The notes beneath the pieces are model-generated. The model had not been told where the DNA came from and searched no databases. It saw only the letters and a program-made list of their open reading frames with translations. The translations under genes were made by a program, and so were the position numbers. From Elusimicrobiota bacterium (GTDB lineage: Bacteria > Elusimicrobiota > Elusimicrobia > F11), in assembly GCA_044221725.1 (NCBI GenBank), contig JBGAON010000002.1, positions 352,001 to 416,000 on the forward strand: a DNA stretch of 64,000 bases. The letters are read 5' to 3'. Positions 19,184-28,097 of this stretch are shown one piece after another; position 1 is the stretch's first letter; each line of letters begins with the position of its first letter.

Positions 19184-19762
19184 ATGAAAGGAAGTTGGTT
19201 AGTAGCAGCAGCATTGATGGCAGCACCGGTTTTTGCGGCGGAGACGCCGGCAGCGGAGAAACCGAAACCAGGTGTTCTCGAAGCCGCCGCGGCAACGATG
19301 ACGGCCACGGTTGAGAAAATTGACTATAAGACGCGCGAAATTACGTTGAAAGGCGAAAATGGAAACGTGGTAACGATGGTTGCCGGTCCCGAAATCGTAC
19401 GTTTCAACGAGATTAAGAAAGGCGACACGATCCAGGCAGATTATTTGGAAGCCGTTGCCGTGATGGTCTCTTCGCCGAGCGATAAAGTCGCCACCGCCGA
19501 AGGTTCGCAATCCGCTCTGGTCCGCAACAAAACCAAGAAACCTTCTGCGACAATGGTACAAACCGATGTTGTGACCGCTACCGTTGTGAAAGTGGACGCA
19601 AAAGCGCGTAAGGCCACCTTGAAAGGTCCGGACGGCAATACGTTCGATGTCGAAGTTGCTCCCGATGTGGAACATCTCGAAAACGTGAAGAAAGGCGATC
19701 AAGTGCTTGTGAAAGTGACGCGCAGCCTCGCGCTCGCGGTTCATCCGTCGACAAAGAAATAA
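19184..19762 (+). CDS. Exported protein with two internal beta-rich (OB-fold-like) repeats
   Basis: RBS AAGGAG; repeats ATVEKID..TLKG..G...KKGD and ATVVKVD..TLKG..G...KKGD. Confidence 0.8.
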   Translation: MKGSWLVAAALMAAPVFAAETPAAEKPKPGVLEAAAATMTATVEKIDYKTREITLKGENGNVVTMVAGPEIVRFNEIKKGDTIQADYLEAVAVMVSSPSDKVATAEGSQSALVRNKTKKPSATMVQTDVVTATVVKVDAKARKATLKGPDGNTFDVEVAPDVEHLENVKKGDQVLVKVTRSLALAVHPSTKK

Positions 19763-19773
19763 TCTTCGATCAG

Positions 19774-19857
19774 CGTCATCCCGGCATGCTTCTTGGCCGG
19801 GATCCAGGTTTTCTCATGGAACACCTGGGCCCCGGCCAAAAACATGCCGGGGCGACG
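19774..19857. repeat. CGTC-tagged palindromic element (MITE/RPE-like), same subfamily as 55314-55394
   Basis: CGTCATCCCGGC-N-GCCGGGATCCAGG...CCTGGGCCCCGGC-N-GCCGGGGCGACG. Confidence 0.8.
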
Positions 19858-19879
19858 ACTCTTTAATAAGGGGGCAATA

Positions 19880-20527
19880 ATGGGCAACAATAAAAAAGTT
19901 TGGCTGGCGATATTCTTCTCAATTGCAATTTTTTCGACGTCCGTCTCCCAAGGTGAACTGAACGGTCCATATTCTTTCGGATTTTCTCTGAATATTCCGG
20001 CCACGGTTGGTGACACGTCCAATGCGTTAAAGAACGGATTTGGTTTTGGAATGGATTTTGGCTACCGGAACGAAGACAGCCCGTTGGGAATTCGCCTCGA
20101 TATGGTTTACGACAATTACAGTTTAACGAGCGACGTGCTCCGTCAGATTAACTTCGCGGATTCTGGTTACGCAACGACCTGGGGCTTTGATATGAGCGCG
20201 GTGCTCACTCCGCGCAACGCGGGCAAGGTTCGTCCTTATATTCAAGCAGGACCCGGATTTTATTACCAATACGCACAAGCAAGTCGTTTCGCAGGAAACG
20301 GGGGCTACGTGTGCGATCCGTGGTTCGGCTGTTATCCGGTGAGCACGAGCCAAACACTTGTTGATTGGAGCACCTGGCGCCTTGGATGGATGGGGGGTGC
20401 CGGCATTGGAATCGAGTTCGATAACGGTGGCGCGCTCACGCTTCAAGCGCAATATCACCGCATCAACAACACGCGCACCGATACCGAATTTATGCCGATC
20501 GCGCTCGGTTATCGCTGGAGTTTTTGA
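19880..20527 (+). CDS. Outer-membrane beta-barrel protein
   Basis: Likely start ATG 19880 after AAGGGGG (the TTG start of the ORF track lies in the repeat); RPYIQAGPG; terminal LGYRWSF. Confidence 0.78.
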   Translation: MGNNKKVWLAIFFSIAIFSTSVSQGELNGPYSFGFSLNIPATVGDTSNALKNGFGFGMDFGYRNEDSPLGIRLDMVYDNYSLTSDVLRQINFADSGYATTWGFDMSAVLTPRNAGKVRPYIQAGPGFYYQYAQASRFAGNGGYVCDPWFGCYPVSTSQTLVDWSTWRLGWMGGAGIGIEFDNGGALTLQAQYHRINNTRTDTEFMPIALGYRWSF

Positions 20528-20648
20528 TGTCATCGCGAGGAGGCATCCTTAAATTCGAATAATTAATAGCCGACGTGGCGATCTCCCGCGGAGATTGCCG
20601 CGGCCGGCATTTATTATGAATTTTATGGAGGCTGTCCTCGCAACGACG
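20528..20648. repeat. CGTC-type palindromic element (GTCATCGCGAGG...CCTCGCAACGAC subfamily)
   Basis: Terminal IR 11/13 match (20529-20541 vs 20635-20647); inner IR GTGGCGATCTC/GAGATTGCCGC. Confidence 0.72.
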
Positions 20649-21683
20649 GCCGTTTTCATTTTTTTTGCAAGTGGTAATTCGTTCGTATTGGCTGGCGACT
20701 TTGAGCGAACGATTCCAAACAGCAACAAGCCCGCAGTTTCTGCTCCAGCGGGCATGGTGTGGATTCCCGGCGGTGAGTTTTCAATGGGCAGTACCGCCTC
20801 CAGTGAAGCGCTCTGCCAATTGCACGGTGTAACGCGCGACGCGCTGCCGGTGCACCGTGTGTATGTGGACGGCTTTTGGATGGACGCGACCGAAGTCACC
20901 AACGCCGATTTTGAAAAGTTTGTGAAAGCGACTGGTTACGTGACGATCGCCGAACGCGCGCCCACCAAAGAAGAGTTTCCGACAGCGCCTCCCGAAAATC
21001 TTGTTGCCGGTTCCACGGTGTTCACGCCAACGAAGGAACCAGTTCCTCTCGATGATTATTTCCAATGGTGGCGGTACGAAAAGGGGGCAAATTGGCGTCA
21101 CCCCGAAGGTCCGAATTCAAATATTAAAGGGAAGGAAAATTATCCGGTGGTTCAAGTCGCGTACGATGATGCGATCGCGTACACGCGCTGGGCCGGCAAG
21201 CGTTTGCCGACCGAAGCCGAATGGGAATTCGCTGCGCGCGGGGGCCTCAGTGGAAAGCTTTATGCGTGGGGAAATGATTTTCATGGGAATGGAAAACCAT
21301 TGGCAAACACATACCAGGGAAAATTTCCGATGAAAGACACCGCTGAGGATGGCTTCGCCGGATTGGCCCCCGTGAAATCGTTTCCATCCAACGGGTACGG
21401 ACTCTTTGATGTGGCCGGAAACGCGTGGGAGTGGACCAGCGATTGGTACAGGCCCGATTATTATGCGGAATTGGCTGCGACCGGAAGAGTGGCGCGCAAT
21501 CCCAAAGGCCCGCAATCTTCTTTTGATCCGGCAGAGCCGACCGAACGAAAGAAAGTGCATCGCGGAGGTTCGTTTTTGTGCACCGATCAATACTGCACAC
21601 GGTATATGGTGGGCACGCGCGGAAAAGGCGAAGTGAGCACCGCCTCAAACCATGTTGGATTCCGCTGCGTGAAAGGAAACTAA
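20616..21683 (+). CDS. Formylglycine-generating enzyme (SUMF1/FGE family)
   Basis: IPGGEF.MG, EVTN..F, RLPTEAEWEFAARGG, N.YGL.D..GN.WEW, RGGSFLC...YC.RY, GFRCV; start ambiguous (20595/20616/20625). Confidence 0.92.
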   Translation: MNFMEAVLATTAVFIFFASGNSFVLAGDFERTIPNSNKPAVSAPAGMVWIPGGEFSMGSTASSEALCQLHGVTRDALPVHRVYVDGFWMDATEVTNADFEKFVKATGYVTIAERAPTKEEFPTAPPENLVAGSTVFTPTKEPVPLDDYFQWWRYEKGANWRHPEGPNSNIKGKENYPVVQVAYDDAIAYTRWAGKRLPTEAEWEFAARGGLSGKLYAWGNDFHGNGKPLANTYQGKFPMKDTAEDGFAGLAPVKSFPSNGYGLFDVAGNAWEWTSDWYRPDYYAELAATGRVARNPKGPQSSFDPAEPTERKKVHRGGSFLCTDQYCTRYMVGTRGKGEVSTASNHVGFRCVKGN

Positions 21684-22132
21684 CGTTCGGTTTTGTTGTG
21701 TGAGACCGGAAGGGCAATCGCGCGGCGGTAAAAGAAATACGCCAATGTTAGAGCCCCAATAACCGCCGCAAGTCCCGCTAATTGGGCGGCGGTTGTTTCG
21801 TGCAGATTTAAACTGATCACGTGCCGCGAAATTGCGATGAGCGAAACAGAAAGCACCACTTCGACATGGATCGCTTGGTCGTCCAGATACATTTTGATGG
21901 TTTGCATCAGTTCGATTCCAATGAGAATGAGTAAAAATCCGGCGAACACTTTGTGCAGGATAAAGATATCGTCGTCGGGACCAAGGCTTAGCGGATTAAA
22001 AATTATTGCCTTGCCGATCAAAAACGCAAAGTGAACCGTCGAGAACAAAAGAACAAGCATCATTAATGCGAGCAAGCCGACAACAATTGCGCGCTCGAAC
22101 GTGCCGTAGATTTTGCCAAACGTGTTTCTCAT
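21680..22132 (-). CDS. PsiE family membrane protein
   Basis: 4 TM; LLILIGIEL.QTI..Y, LIAISRHVI. Confidence 0.85.
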   Translation of the reverse strand: MRNTFGKIYGTFERAIVVGLLALMMLVLLFSTVHFAFLIGKAIIFNPLSLGPDDDIFILHKVFAGFLLILIGIELMQTIKMYLDDQAIHVEVVLSVSLIAISRHVISLNLHETTAAQLAGLAAVIGALTLAYFFYRRAIALPVSHNKTER

Positions 22133-22163
22133 GGAGCGAAGAAATCCTATAACTTAGACAACC

Positions 22164-22775
22164 ATGAACCAATCCCCCGTTGCCCGATTTTTCCGCTACG
22201 CCTTGGTCGGTGCCGTGATGTACTTGTTGCCGATCACCGTGGTGGTCGTACTGTTTGGAAAAGTTCTTAAAGGCGCGCGTGCCATCGCACGGCCGGTGGC
22301 CGAAAGAATTCCGGTTGAATCCGTAGCGGGCGTTGGGGTCCTGACGGCGTTGGCCGTCTTCCTTATCGTGTTCGGTTGTTTTCTTGCCGGCTATTTTTCG
22401 AAACGCACCGGCAAGTGGCGACAGATTCAGAAATTGGAAGACAGTTTTCTGTGCTACATCCCCGGATATATTTTGCTGCAAAGTTGGGCCGCTGGAATGG
22501 CCGGCGTGGCCAGCGATCGCTCGGCGACCGTGGTGCTTGCGAACATAGAAGAGGCGTGGCAGCCCGCTTATTTGATTGAAACGTTGGAAGATGGAAATCA
22601 CGCGGTGCTCGTGCCCGGGGCACCGTCGCCTTTTTCAGGATCAATATTTTATTTGCCGGAAAATCGAATCAAACGATTAAATGTGCCGTTTGGAAAAGTT
22701 GCGCGGGTGGTGCGCCGGTTCGGCGCCGGATCACGCGAGATGTTAAAAGGGGAAAAACTGGAATATGAGAAATAA
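22164..22775 (+). CDS. DUF502 family membrane protein
   Basis: Two TM; IPGY, VLVPGAPSPFSG. Confidence 0.85.
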   Translation: MNQSPVARFFRYALVGAVMYLLPITVVVVLFGKVLKGARAIARPVAERIPVESVAGVGVLTALAVFLIVFGCFLAGYFSKRTGKWRQIQKLEDSFLCYIPGYILLQSWAAGMAGVASDRSATVVLANIEEAWQPAYLIETLEDGNHAVLVPGAPSPFSGSIFYLPENRIKRLNVPFGKVARVVRRFGAGSREMLKGEKLEYEK

Positions 22776-23529
22776 GCTTTTGTTGGCTTTGGTTTTGTTT
22801 GGTGCTTCTTGTCTTTACGCCGACGACAATCCGACCGGGTATTTGCGATTTGATTATTGGGGGTATGGAGTGAAGGGGAACGCAACAGCCAAGGGCGCCT
22901 CGGTCGACGTAAGCGATTCTCAGCGCGCGTTCAACGGAAACAATTGGGGCGTGATCATCGGAGGAGAGGGACGTTTTGACCGTTGGGGCCTCAACATGGA
23001 CTTGTTTTTTGGCCGGCAACTGAACGTGCAACGCACGAGCAATTCACAAACGGTGAACTTTGATGCCGAGTACGCAATTCTTACGACCGGCGCTTTTTAT
23101 CCATTTGTTGATAAGGAAGTGGACGGAACCGATATGCATTTTCTGCTCGACGGTTTCGCCGGCCTTCGCGCATATTCAAACCAGTACAAAGTGCAATACG
23201 AACCTTTTAATCCCGGCAACAATCAAGACAAGTCGGCCTATCAGAATTGGGTTGAACCGTATCTCGGACTTCGTCTAACGTCGAAATTAACGCACTCGCT
23301 CGCGGTGGAACTGTATGGCGACGCCGGAGGATTTGCGATTGGGGATGCGGCGAAGCTTTCGGTTCTCACGCGCGCCAATCTTGTGTGGACCGTCATTCCA
23401 GACTTGAATCTTATTGGTGGTTACCGCGTGTTTGATTTGGAAACCGCGAACGATGAAAGCGCTCGGAAAACGGAATTGGACATGCGCATGCAAGGCGTGA
23501 CGCTCGGCGTTGAGTGCCGGTTCCACTAG
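22765..23529 (+). CDS. Outer-membrane beta-barrel protein (paralog of 15473-16270)
   Basis: Signal peptide; WVEPYLGLR..GDAGGFAIG, IGGYR, GVTLGVECRF. Confidence 0.75.
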   Translation: MRNKLLLALVLFGASCLYADDNPTGYLRFDYWGYGVKGNATAKGASVDVSDSQRAFNGNNWGVIIGGEGRFDRWGLNMDLFFGRQLNVQRTSNSQTVNFDAEYAILTTGAFYPFVDKEVDGTDMHFLLDGFAGLRAYSNQYKVQYEPFNPGNNQDKSAYQNWVEPYLGLRLTSKLTHSLAVELYGDAGGFAIGDAAKLSVLTRANLVWTVIPDLNLIGGYRVFDLETANDESARKTELDMRMQGVTLGVECRFH

Positions 23530-24161
23530 TGCTTCAGAAATCCCTTCGCTGATAGATCCTTTCGCACCTCACCGGCAATCGAACGGATAAGATCCTCGAG
23601 GTTTGCGGAGTTAAATGTTTCCGACTCGGCCGACCAAATCTTTTTTCCATCGGTTGAAAATATCCGAATTTGCAGCGCCACCGTTTTTGAGTCAGCCAGA
23701 TGTCCCGGCGCCACCACGGTGCCATACATGCGCTGGTATTCCACATCAAACGAGTTCTCTCCAGGTTCCGGTTGATAACTTGTGTTCAGTTGAATCGAAA
23801 TGAGTCGGCAGGCGAGAATTGAATCGAAGTCCGTTCCCTTGATGGCATTTTTTACGGATTCCCGGTTTATGTCTTGAATGCCCGGCAATAGTTTAAAACT
23901 TGCTTCGGCCTTTCCGCCGCGATCGCGAATGGCTTTCGTGAGTGCGGTTTCGAATCGTTCCCGTTGGCGTGGGTCTTCGGTGACGCCGATCACGAGAACT
24001 TTTTTGAGCGGCAGCTGATCGTATTGGTGATCAAACCACACGACATTCAAGTGCGAATGGGCGGCCAACGCCACCGAGCCAAGCGCCATCAACATTGTTG
24101 TGGTGAGGATCAGTAAATGGTGGATATTTCGGTTATTTAAGCGTTTAATTGTGACGTTCAT
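23526..24161 (-). CDS. Exported hypothetical protein (DUF4136-like alpha/beta fold)
   Basis: KKVLVIGV..R..FE, IWSA.SETFN; start may lie downstream of 24161. Confidence 0.7.
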   Translation of the reverse strand: MNVTIKRLNNRNIHHLLILTTTMLMALGSVALAAHSHLNVVWFDHQYDQLPLKKVLVIGVTEDPRQRERFETALTKAIRDRGGKAEASFKLLPGIQDINRESVKNAIKGTDFDSILACRLISIQLNTSYQPEPGENSFDVEYQRMYGTVVAPGHLADSKTVALQIRIFSTDGKKIWSAESETFNSANLEDLIRSIAGEVRKDLSAKGFLKH

Positions 24162-24190
24162 TTGAATCCATGTCTTTTAAGGGGTGACGT

Positions 24191-25396
24191 ATGGCTTATA
24201 TGAAAAAAATTAGTTCCGTTGCTGTTGTCGTTGGTTTGTTGATGATGGCATCGGTCGTGTTCGCCGAATCGAAGCCGTCGTTCGAAGTCTACGGTTTCGC
24301 GCAGGTGGATTACATTCAGGATTTTAACCGCGTGAACCCGGCATGGGACGCGACGTTGCGACCCAGTCGAATTCCGACGACCGAAGGCACCTACGGCAGC
24401 GATGGGCAATCAATCCTAAGCGCGCGTCAGAGCAAATTGGGCGTGCAATCGACTTTGCCAACCTCCGCTGGTGACGTTTACACCAAATTTGAATTCGATT
24501 TGTTCGGTGTCGGAGTCGATGAGGGGCAAACCACGATTCGTTTGCGCCACGCCTATGGACAACTCGGTCACGTGTTGGCCGGACAGACAAACTCGGTATT
24601 CATGGACGGCGATATCTTTCCGAACACGATCGATTACTGGGGGCCGGCGGGAATGGTTTTCTTCCGCACACCGCAGATCCGCTGGACGCAAGGATCGGAT
24701 CACACGGTCTTTAATATCGCGATCGAACACGCCACCGACGATATCGACACCGGACAAATTCGAAATTTTGATCCCGCGCTCGGAAGCGCCATCACAAACG
24801 ATGAGAAAGTCCCGGATCTCACGGCAAACGTCAGAGAAAAAGGAGATTGGGGCCACGTACAGCTCGCCGGTATTCTACGGCGCATCGGCTACGACACGCC
24901 GGGTACCGTTGATAACAAACCGAAAGGCCATGAAATGGGTTGGGGCTTGGATCTCACCTCGAATTTGAACATTCGCAAGAACGATCATTTGAAACTCGGC
25001 GTCGTATGCGGACAAGGCATTGCGAGCTACATGAACGATGGTGGAATGGACTTGGCGCCCGAAGTGGCGGGTTCGTCTCCGACAGCGAAAGCGGTTCCGC
25101 TCGTTGGTGTGTCCGCTTACTACGACATCGCGTGGACTGAGAAATGGTCCAGTTCATTGGGTTACAGCTTCACAAAAGTCAGCAACACGGATTTTCAAAC
25201 CGGAAGCGCGTTCCACCTTGGTCAGTACGCTTCTGCGAACGTGATTTATTACCCAGCGAAAAACGTGTTCTATGGCCTCGAGTATTTGTTTGGTCGTCGC
25301 GAAGATAATGATGGGAAAGCGGGCCAAGATCAGCGCGTCCAACTTTCCGCGCATTACGGTTTCTCCAGCAACGACTTCTTCTCACCGAATAAATAA
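24191..25396 (+). CDS. DcaP family trimeric outer-membrane porin
   Basis: YGF.Q.D, SARQS.LG, FEFDLFG, RLRHAYG, GQTNS.FMD..FPN.IDYWGP.G; start may be ATG 24200. Confidence 0.88.
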   Translation: MAYMKKISSVAVVVGLLMMASVVFAESKPSFEVYGFAQVDYIQDFNRVNPAWDATLRPSRIPTTEGTYGSDGQSILSARQSKLGVQSTLPTSAGDVYTKFEFDLFGVGVDEGQTTIRLRHAYGQLGHVLAGQTNSVFMDGDIFPNTIDYWGPAGMVFFRTPQIRWTQGSDHTVFNIAIEHATDDIDTGQIRNFDPALGSAITNDEKVPDLTANVREKGDWGHVQLAGILRRIGYDTPGTVDNKPKGHEMGWGLDLTSNLNIRKNDHLKLGVVCGQGIASYMNDGGMDLAPEVAGSSPTAKAVPLVGVSAYYDIAWTEKWSSSLGYSFTKVSNTDFQTGSAFHLGQYASANVIYYPAKNVFYGLEYLFGRREDNDGKAGQDQRVQLSAHYGFSSNDFFSPNK

Positions 25397-25407
25397 GGAG
25401 GCATGTC

Positions 25408-26439
25408 ATGATCGTTCGAAACGACAAACTGTCCTCTGCGTTTAGAGTTCTCGTGGCGTTGGGTTTCATCACCATCACAGGGTTTTCACACGCAGCGGAA
25501 TTAAAAAAGACCGAAGTTGATGCGGCGCTCAACCAGGCTTACACGAAGTTTAAAGATCTCAAAGAGGGCAAGAACGCCGATTACATTCCGGCGCTTGCCA
25601 AGGTTCCTTCGAATTACTACGGCATCGCGCTCGTGACCGTGGACGGACAAGTTCATCAGATCGGCGATATCGACAAGCTGTTCTCGATCCAGTCAATCTC
25701 AAAAGTGTTTACGATGGCGCAGGTGATGCAGGAATCCGGCGAACAAGTTGTTGAAGATGGTGTCGGCGTGGACGCCACCGGACAAGTGTTCAACTCCATC
25801 GTCGCTATTGAGCAGTTCAAGGGGCACGAAATGAACCCGTTTGTGAATCCGGGGGCGATTGCAACGACGAGCAACGTTAAAGGCGCAACGGCCGATGAAG
25901 TGTGGGCAAAGATCATCGGAATCCACAGTGATTTTGCTGGGCGTCCGCTCGATGTGAATCAGGAAGTTTATAAATCAGAATCCGACACGAACCAACGCAA
26001 CCGTGCGATCGGTGCATTGATGTATGCCTACGGTTTGATCAAAGATAAACCCGAGCAAGCGGTGGATCTCTACACGCGCCAGTGTTCAATCAATGTGAAC
26101 GCGAAAGACTTGGCTGTTATGGCGGCTACGCTCGCAAACGCCGGAAAAAATCCGGTCACAAAGAAACAAGTCATCGACCAAAAACACGTGCCGGGCATTC
26201 TCGCTGTAATGTCGACGGCCGGACTCTACGACGATTCCGGAAAATGGCTGTTCGTGACCGGTCTCCCGGCGAAAAGTGGCGTTGGTGGTGGAATTATCGC
26301 TGTGTCGCCAGGGAAATTCGGCATCGGTGTGTTCTCGCCTCCGCTGGACGCGGCCGGAAACAGCGTGAAGGCGCAGAAAGCGATTGCCGAGATTTCGAAC
26401 CGGCTTGGTGGCAACCCTTATAAAGTAACTCCGAAATAA
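25408..26439 (+). CDS. glsA: Glutaminase A with N-terminal signal peptide
   Basis: ADYIPALA, FSIQSISK, NP.VN.GAI, YTRQCS, GLYD.SG, PAKSGVGGG, SPPLD..GNS. Confidence 0.95.
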   Translation: MIVRNDKLSSAFRVLVALGFITITGFSHAAELKKTEVDAALNQAYTKFKDLKEGKNADYIPALAKVPSNYYGIALVTVDGQVHQIGDIDKLFSIQSISKVFTMAQVMQESGEQVVEDGVGVDATGQVFNSIVAIEQFKGHEMNPFVNPGAIATTSNVKGATADEVWAKIIGIHSDFAGRPLDVNQEVYKSESDTNQRNRAIGALMYAYGLIKDKPEQAVDLYTRQCSINVNAKDLAVMAATLANAGKNPVTKKQVIDQKHVPGILAVMSTAGLYDDSGKWLFVTGLPAKSGVGGGIIAVSPGKFGIGVFSPPLDAAGNSVKAQKAIAEISNRLGGNPYKVTPK

Positions 26440-26454
26440 AGGTTCGTTTGTTTT

Positions 26455-27159
26455 GTGCAGCAATGCCGGCGGTTTGGAAGCGTCATCTGTTTTGTTTTCC
26501 TGTCCGCCGGCATTTTTTTTCCGGTCGTTGGATTCGCTGATTTAAGGACCGTTCCGGAACTAAGTTTGTATCTCACGCACAGCTCTCTGCTTCGCAGCCG
26601 ATTCGCTGCGAATACGACCTGGTCGGACGATAAATCAGAATTCACGAACGCCGGGTTCGAATACGATCTTGACATCAGTTTGCTCTCGTATTTTCGTCGT
26701 TACGTGTTTAAGGATCCGAACGTTGAGAAATCAAAACGCGTGAGCTTTCGACTTGGATACGCTTATCTGCCGGAAATTACCGATGGGAACAAAAACGTCG
26801 ACGAGAAGCGTGGGCTCGGTGAAATTACGTTTCGGTTTCCGCTCGGAAGCGCTTGGTTGTTGTCCGACAGGAATCGCGGAGAAATTCGCAGCATTGGAGG
26901 CAACGAATCCGGTCGTTACCGTAACCGTCTGCGGCTGGAACGGAACATTGCGATAAAAAAGTTTCGAATGACGCCGTACGCCAACGCGGAAGGGTACTAC
27001 GATGGAAAAACCGATGAATGGAACCAAGCGGACGCGACATTGGGTGCCGAGTTTCCGTGGCGGTATCAAACCATTCTCGAATTCTATTTTACGTGGCAAT
27101 TTACGCACCGAATCAGTGATAATCAGCTGCTCGGAGTGACACTCCAAAAACATCTATGA
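26455..27159 (+). CDS. DUF2490-like outer-membrane beta-barrel (paralog of 37619-38320)
   Basis: DRNR.E.R, RYRNRLRLE, PY...E.YYD. Confidence 0.8.
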   Translation: MQQCRRFGSVICFVFLSAGIFFPVVGFADLRTVPELSLYLTHSSLLRSRFAANTTWSDDKSEFTNAGFEYDLDISLLSYFRRYVFKDPNVEKSKRVSFRLGYAYLPEITDGNKNVDEKRGLGEITFRFPLGSAWLLSDRNRGEIRSIGGNESGRYRNRLRLERNIAIKKFRMTPYANAEGYYDGKTDEWNQADATLGAEFPWRYQTILEFYFTWQFTHRISDNQLLGVTLQKHL

Positions 27160-28097
27160 AAAATGGTCGTCATTCCCGCGAAAGCGGGAATCCAGGCTTT
27201 AAGCCTGTTTTTAAAAAATTGTTTAAGACCTGTGTTCCCGCTTTCGCGGGAATAACGATGGTCTTGACTCTTTCGGGTTCGCTTTCGGCAGCGGAGCCGC
27301 TGCCGTTAAAAATTACCACGCGCGAATATCCGCACACCAAATCAATCGAAGATGGTACGGTCAAGATTCCGGAATGCCAAATCATTTACAGCACGGTGTC
27401 GACGGCACAACTCAACCGGGATCTCGACGTCGGGTCGGCCGGTGATGTGATAGAAGTGGATTTTGTTCCGTATCTGAAACGATTTTCAGCCGAAGAAAAG
27501 CACGACTGGGTGTTGGTTCCGGTGTTTTTGTGGCGTGAGTTTCCGCATCACCACGTGCGAGTGATGAAAGAAAATCATTTGGCGGTGGATATCCCGAACG
27601 AGTCGCTGTTGTTGTGGGCCACGGGAATCCTCGAGTCATCGCCCACGTTCAAGGCGCGCGAGCTATGGGACAAGACTCCTCTTTCACCTGTTTCATCGTT
27701 GCCTTTTTTGTTTCCAGATTTCCAATCTGCCGAGCAGACGTATTTCGCGCGCACGCGCATTTTCCCGATCATCTCGGCTCTCGCGGTGCGCAAAGAATTG
27801 GTGGATGCAAACGCGTGGTTGCCGGAAGCGCTCTTTATTGCGTTCTCCGAAGCGAAAGATCATGCGATCGCGGCGGGCACCGTTCCTTTGCCGTGGGGGG
27901 AAGAATTACGCGAAAAAACCATCGAGCTCATGAAAGCGAATTATTGGTCATACGGCGTAAAGAACAATCCAAAAACGCTTAATGCATTTTTTAAATACGC
28001 GCACGAGCAGGGTTATACGAAGCAGGAATTGAAAGCCGATGATGTTTTTGCTCCGGAAACTTTGCAGTTGATTGATGAAAAAGGAGCAAAGAATTGA
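27156..28097 (+). CDS. Periplasmic-binding-fold protein related to 4,5-dihydroxyphthalate decarboxylase/NMT1, with shortened middle and palindromic insert at N-terminus
   Basis: DG.VKI, LVPVF..R.F.H, LFPD...E..YF..T.IFPI, ..PW, YW.YG...N...L..F..Y..EQG. Confidence 0.72.
   Translation: MKNGRHSRESGNPGFKPVFKKLFKTCVPAFAGITMVLTLSGSLSAAEPLPLKITTREYPHTKSIEDGTVKIPECQIIYSTVSTAQLNRDLDVGSAGDVIEVDFVPYLKRFSAEEKHDWVLVPVFLWREFPHHHVRVMKENHLAVDIPNESLLLWATGILESSPTFKARELWDKTPLSPVSSLPFLFPDFQSAEQTYFARTRIFPIISALAVRKELVDANAWLPEALFIAFSEAKDHAIAAGTVPLPWGEELREKTIELMKANYWSYGVKNNPKTLNAFFKYAHEQGYTKQELKADDVFAPETLQLIDEKGAKN
27168..27257. repeat. CGTC-tagged palindromic element (RPE/dRS3-like) in frame within a CDS
   Basis: CGTCATTCCCGCGAAAGCGGGAATCCA...TTCCCGCTTTCGCGGGAATAACG; 90 nt = 30 codons. 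Confidence 0.85.

Noticed and set aside
19793..19879. N-terminal extension of the 244-aa ORF
   Set aside because: Derived from the palindromic repeat; RBS and signal peptide fit ATG 19880
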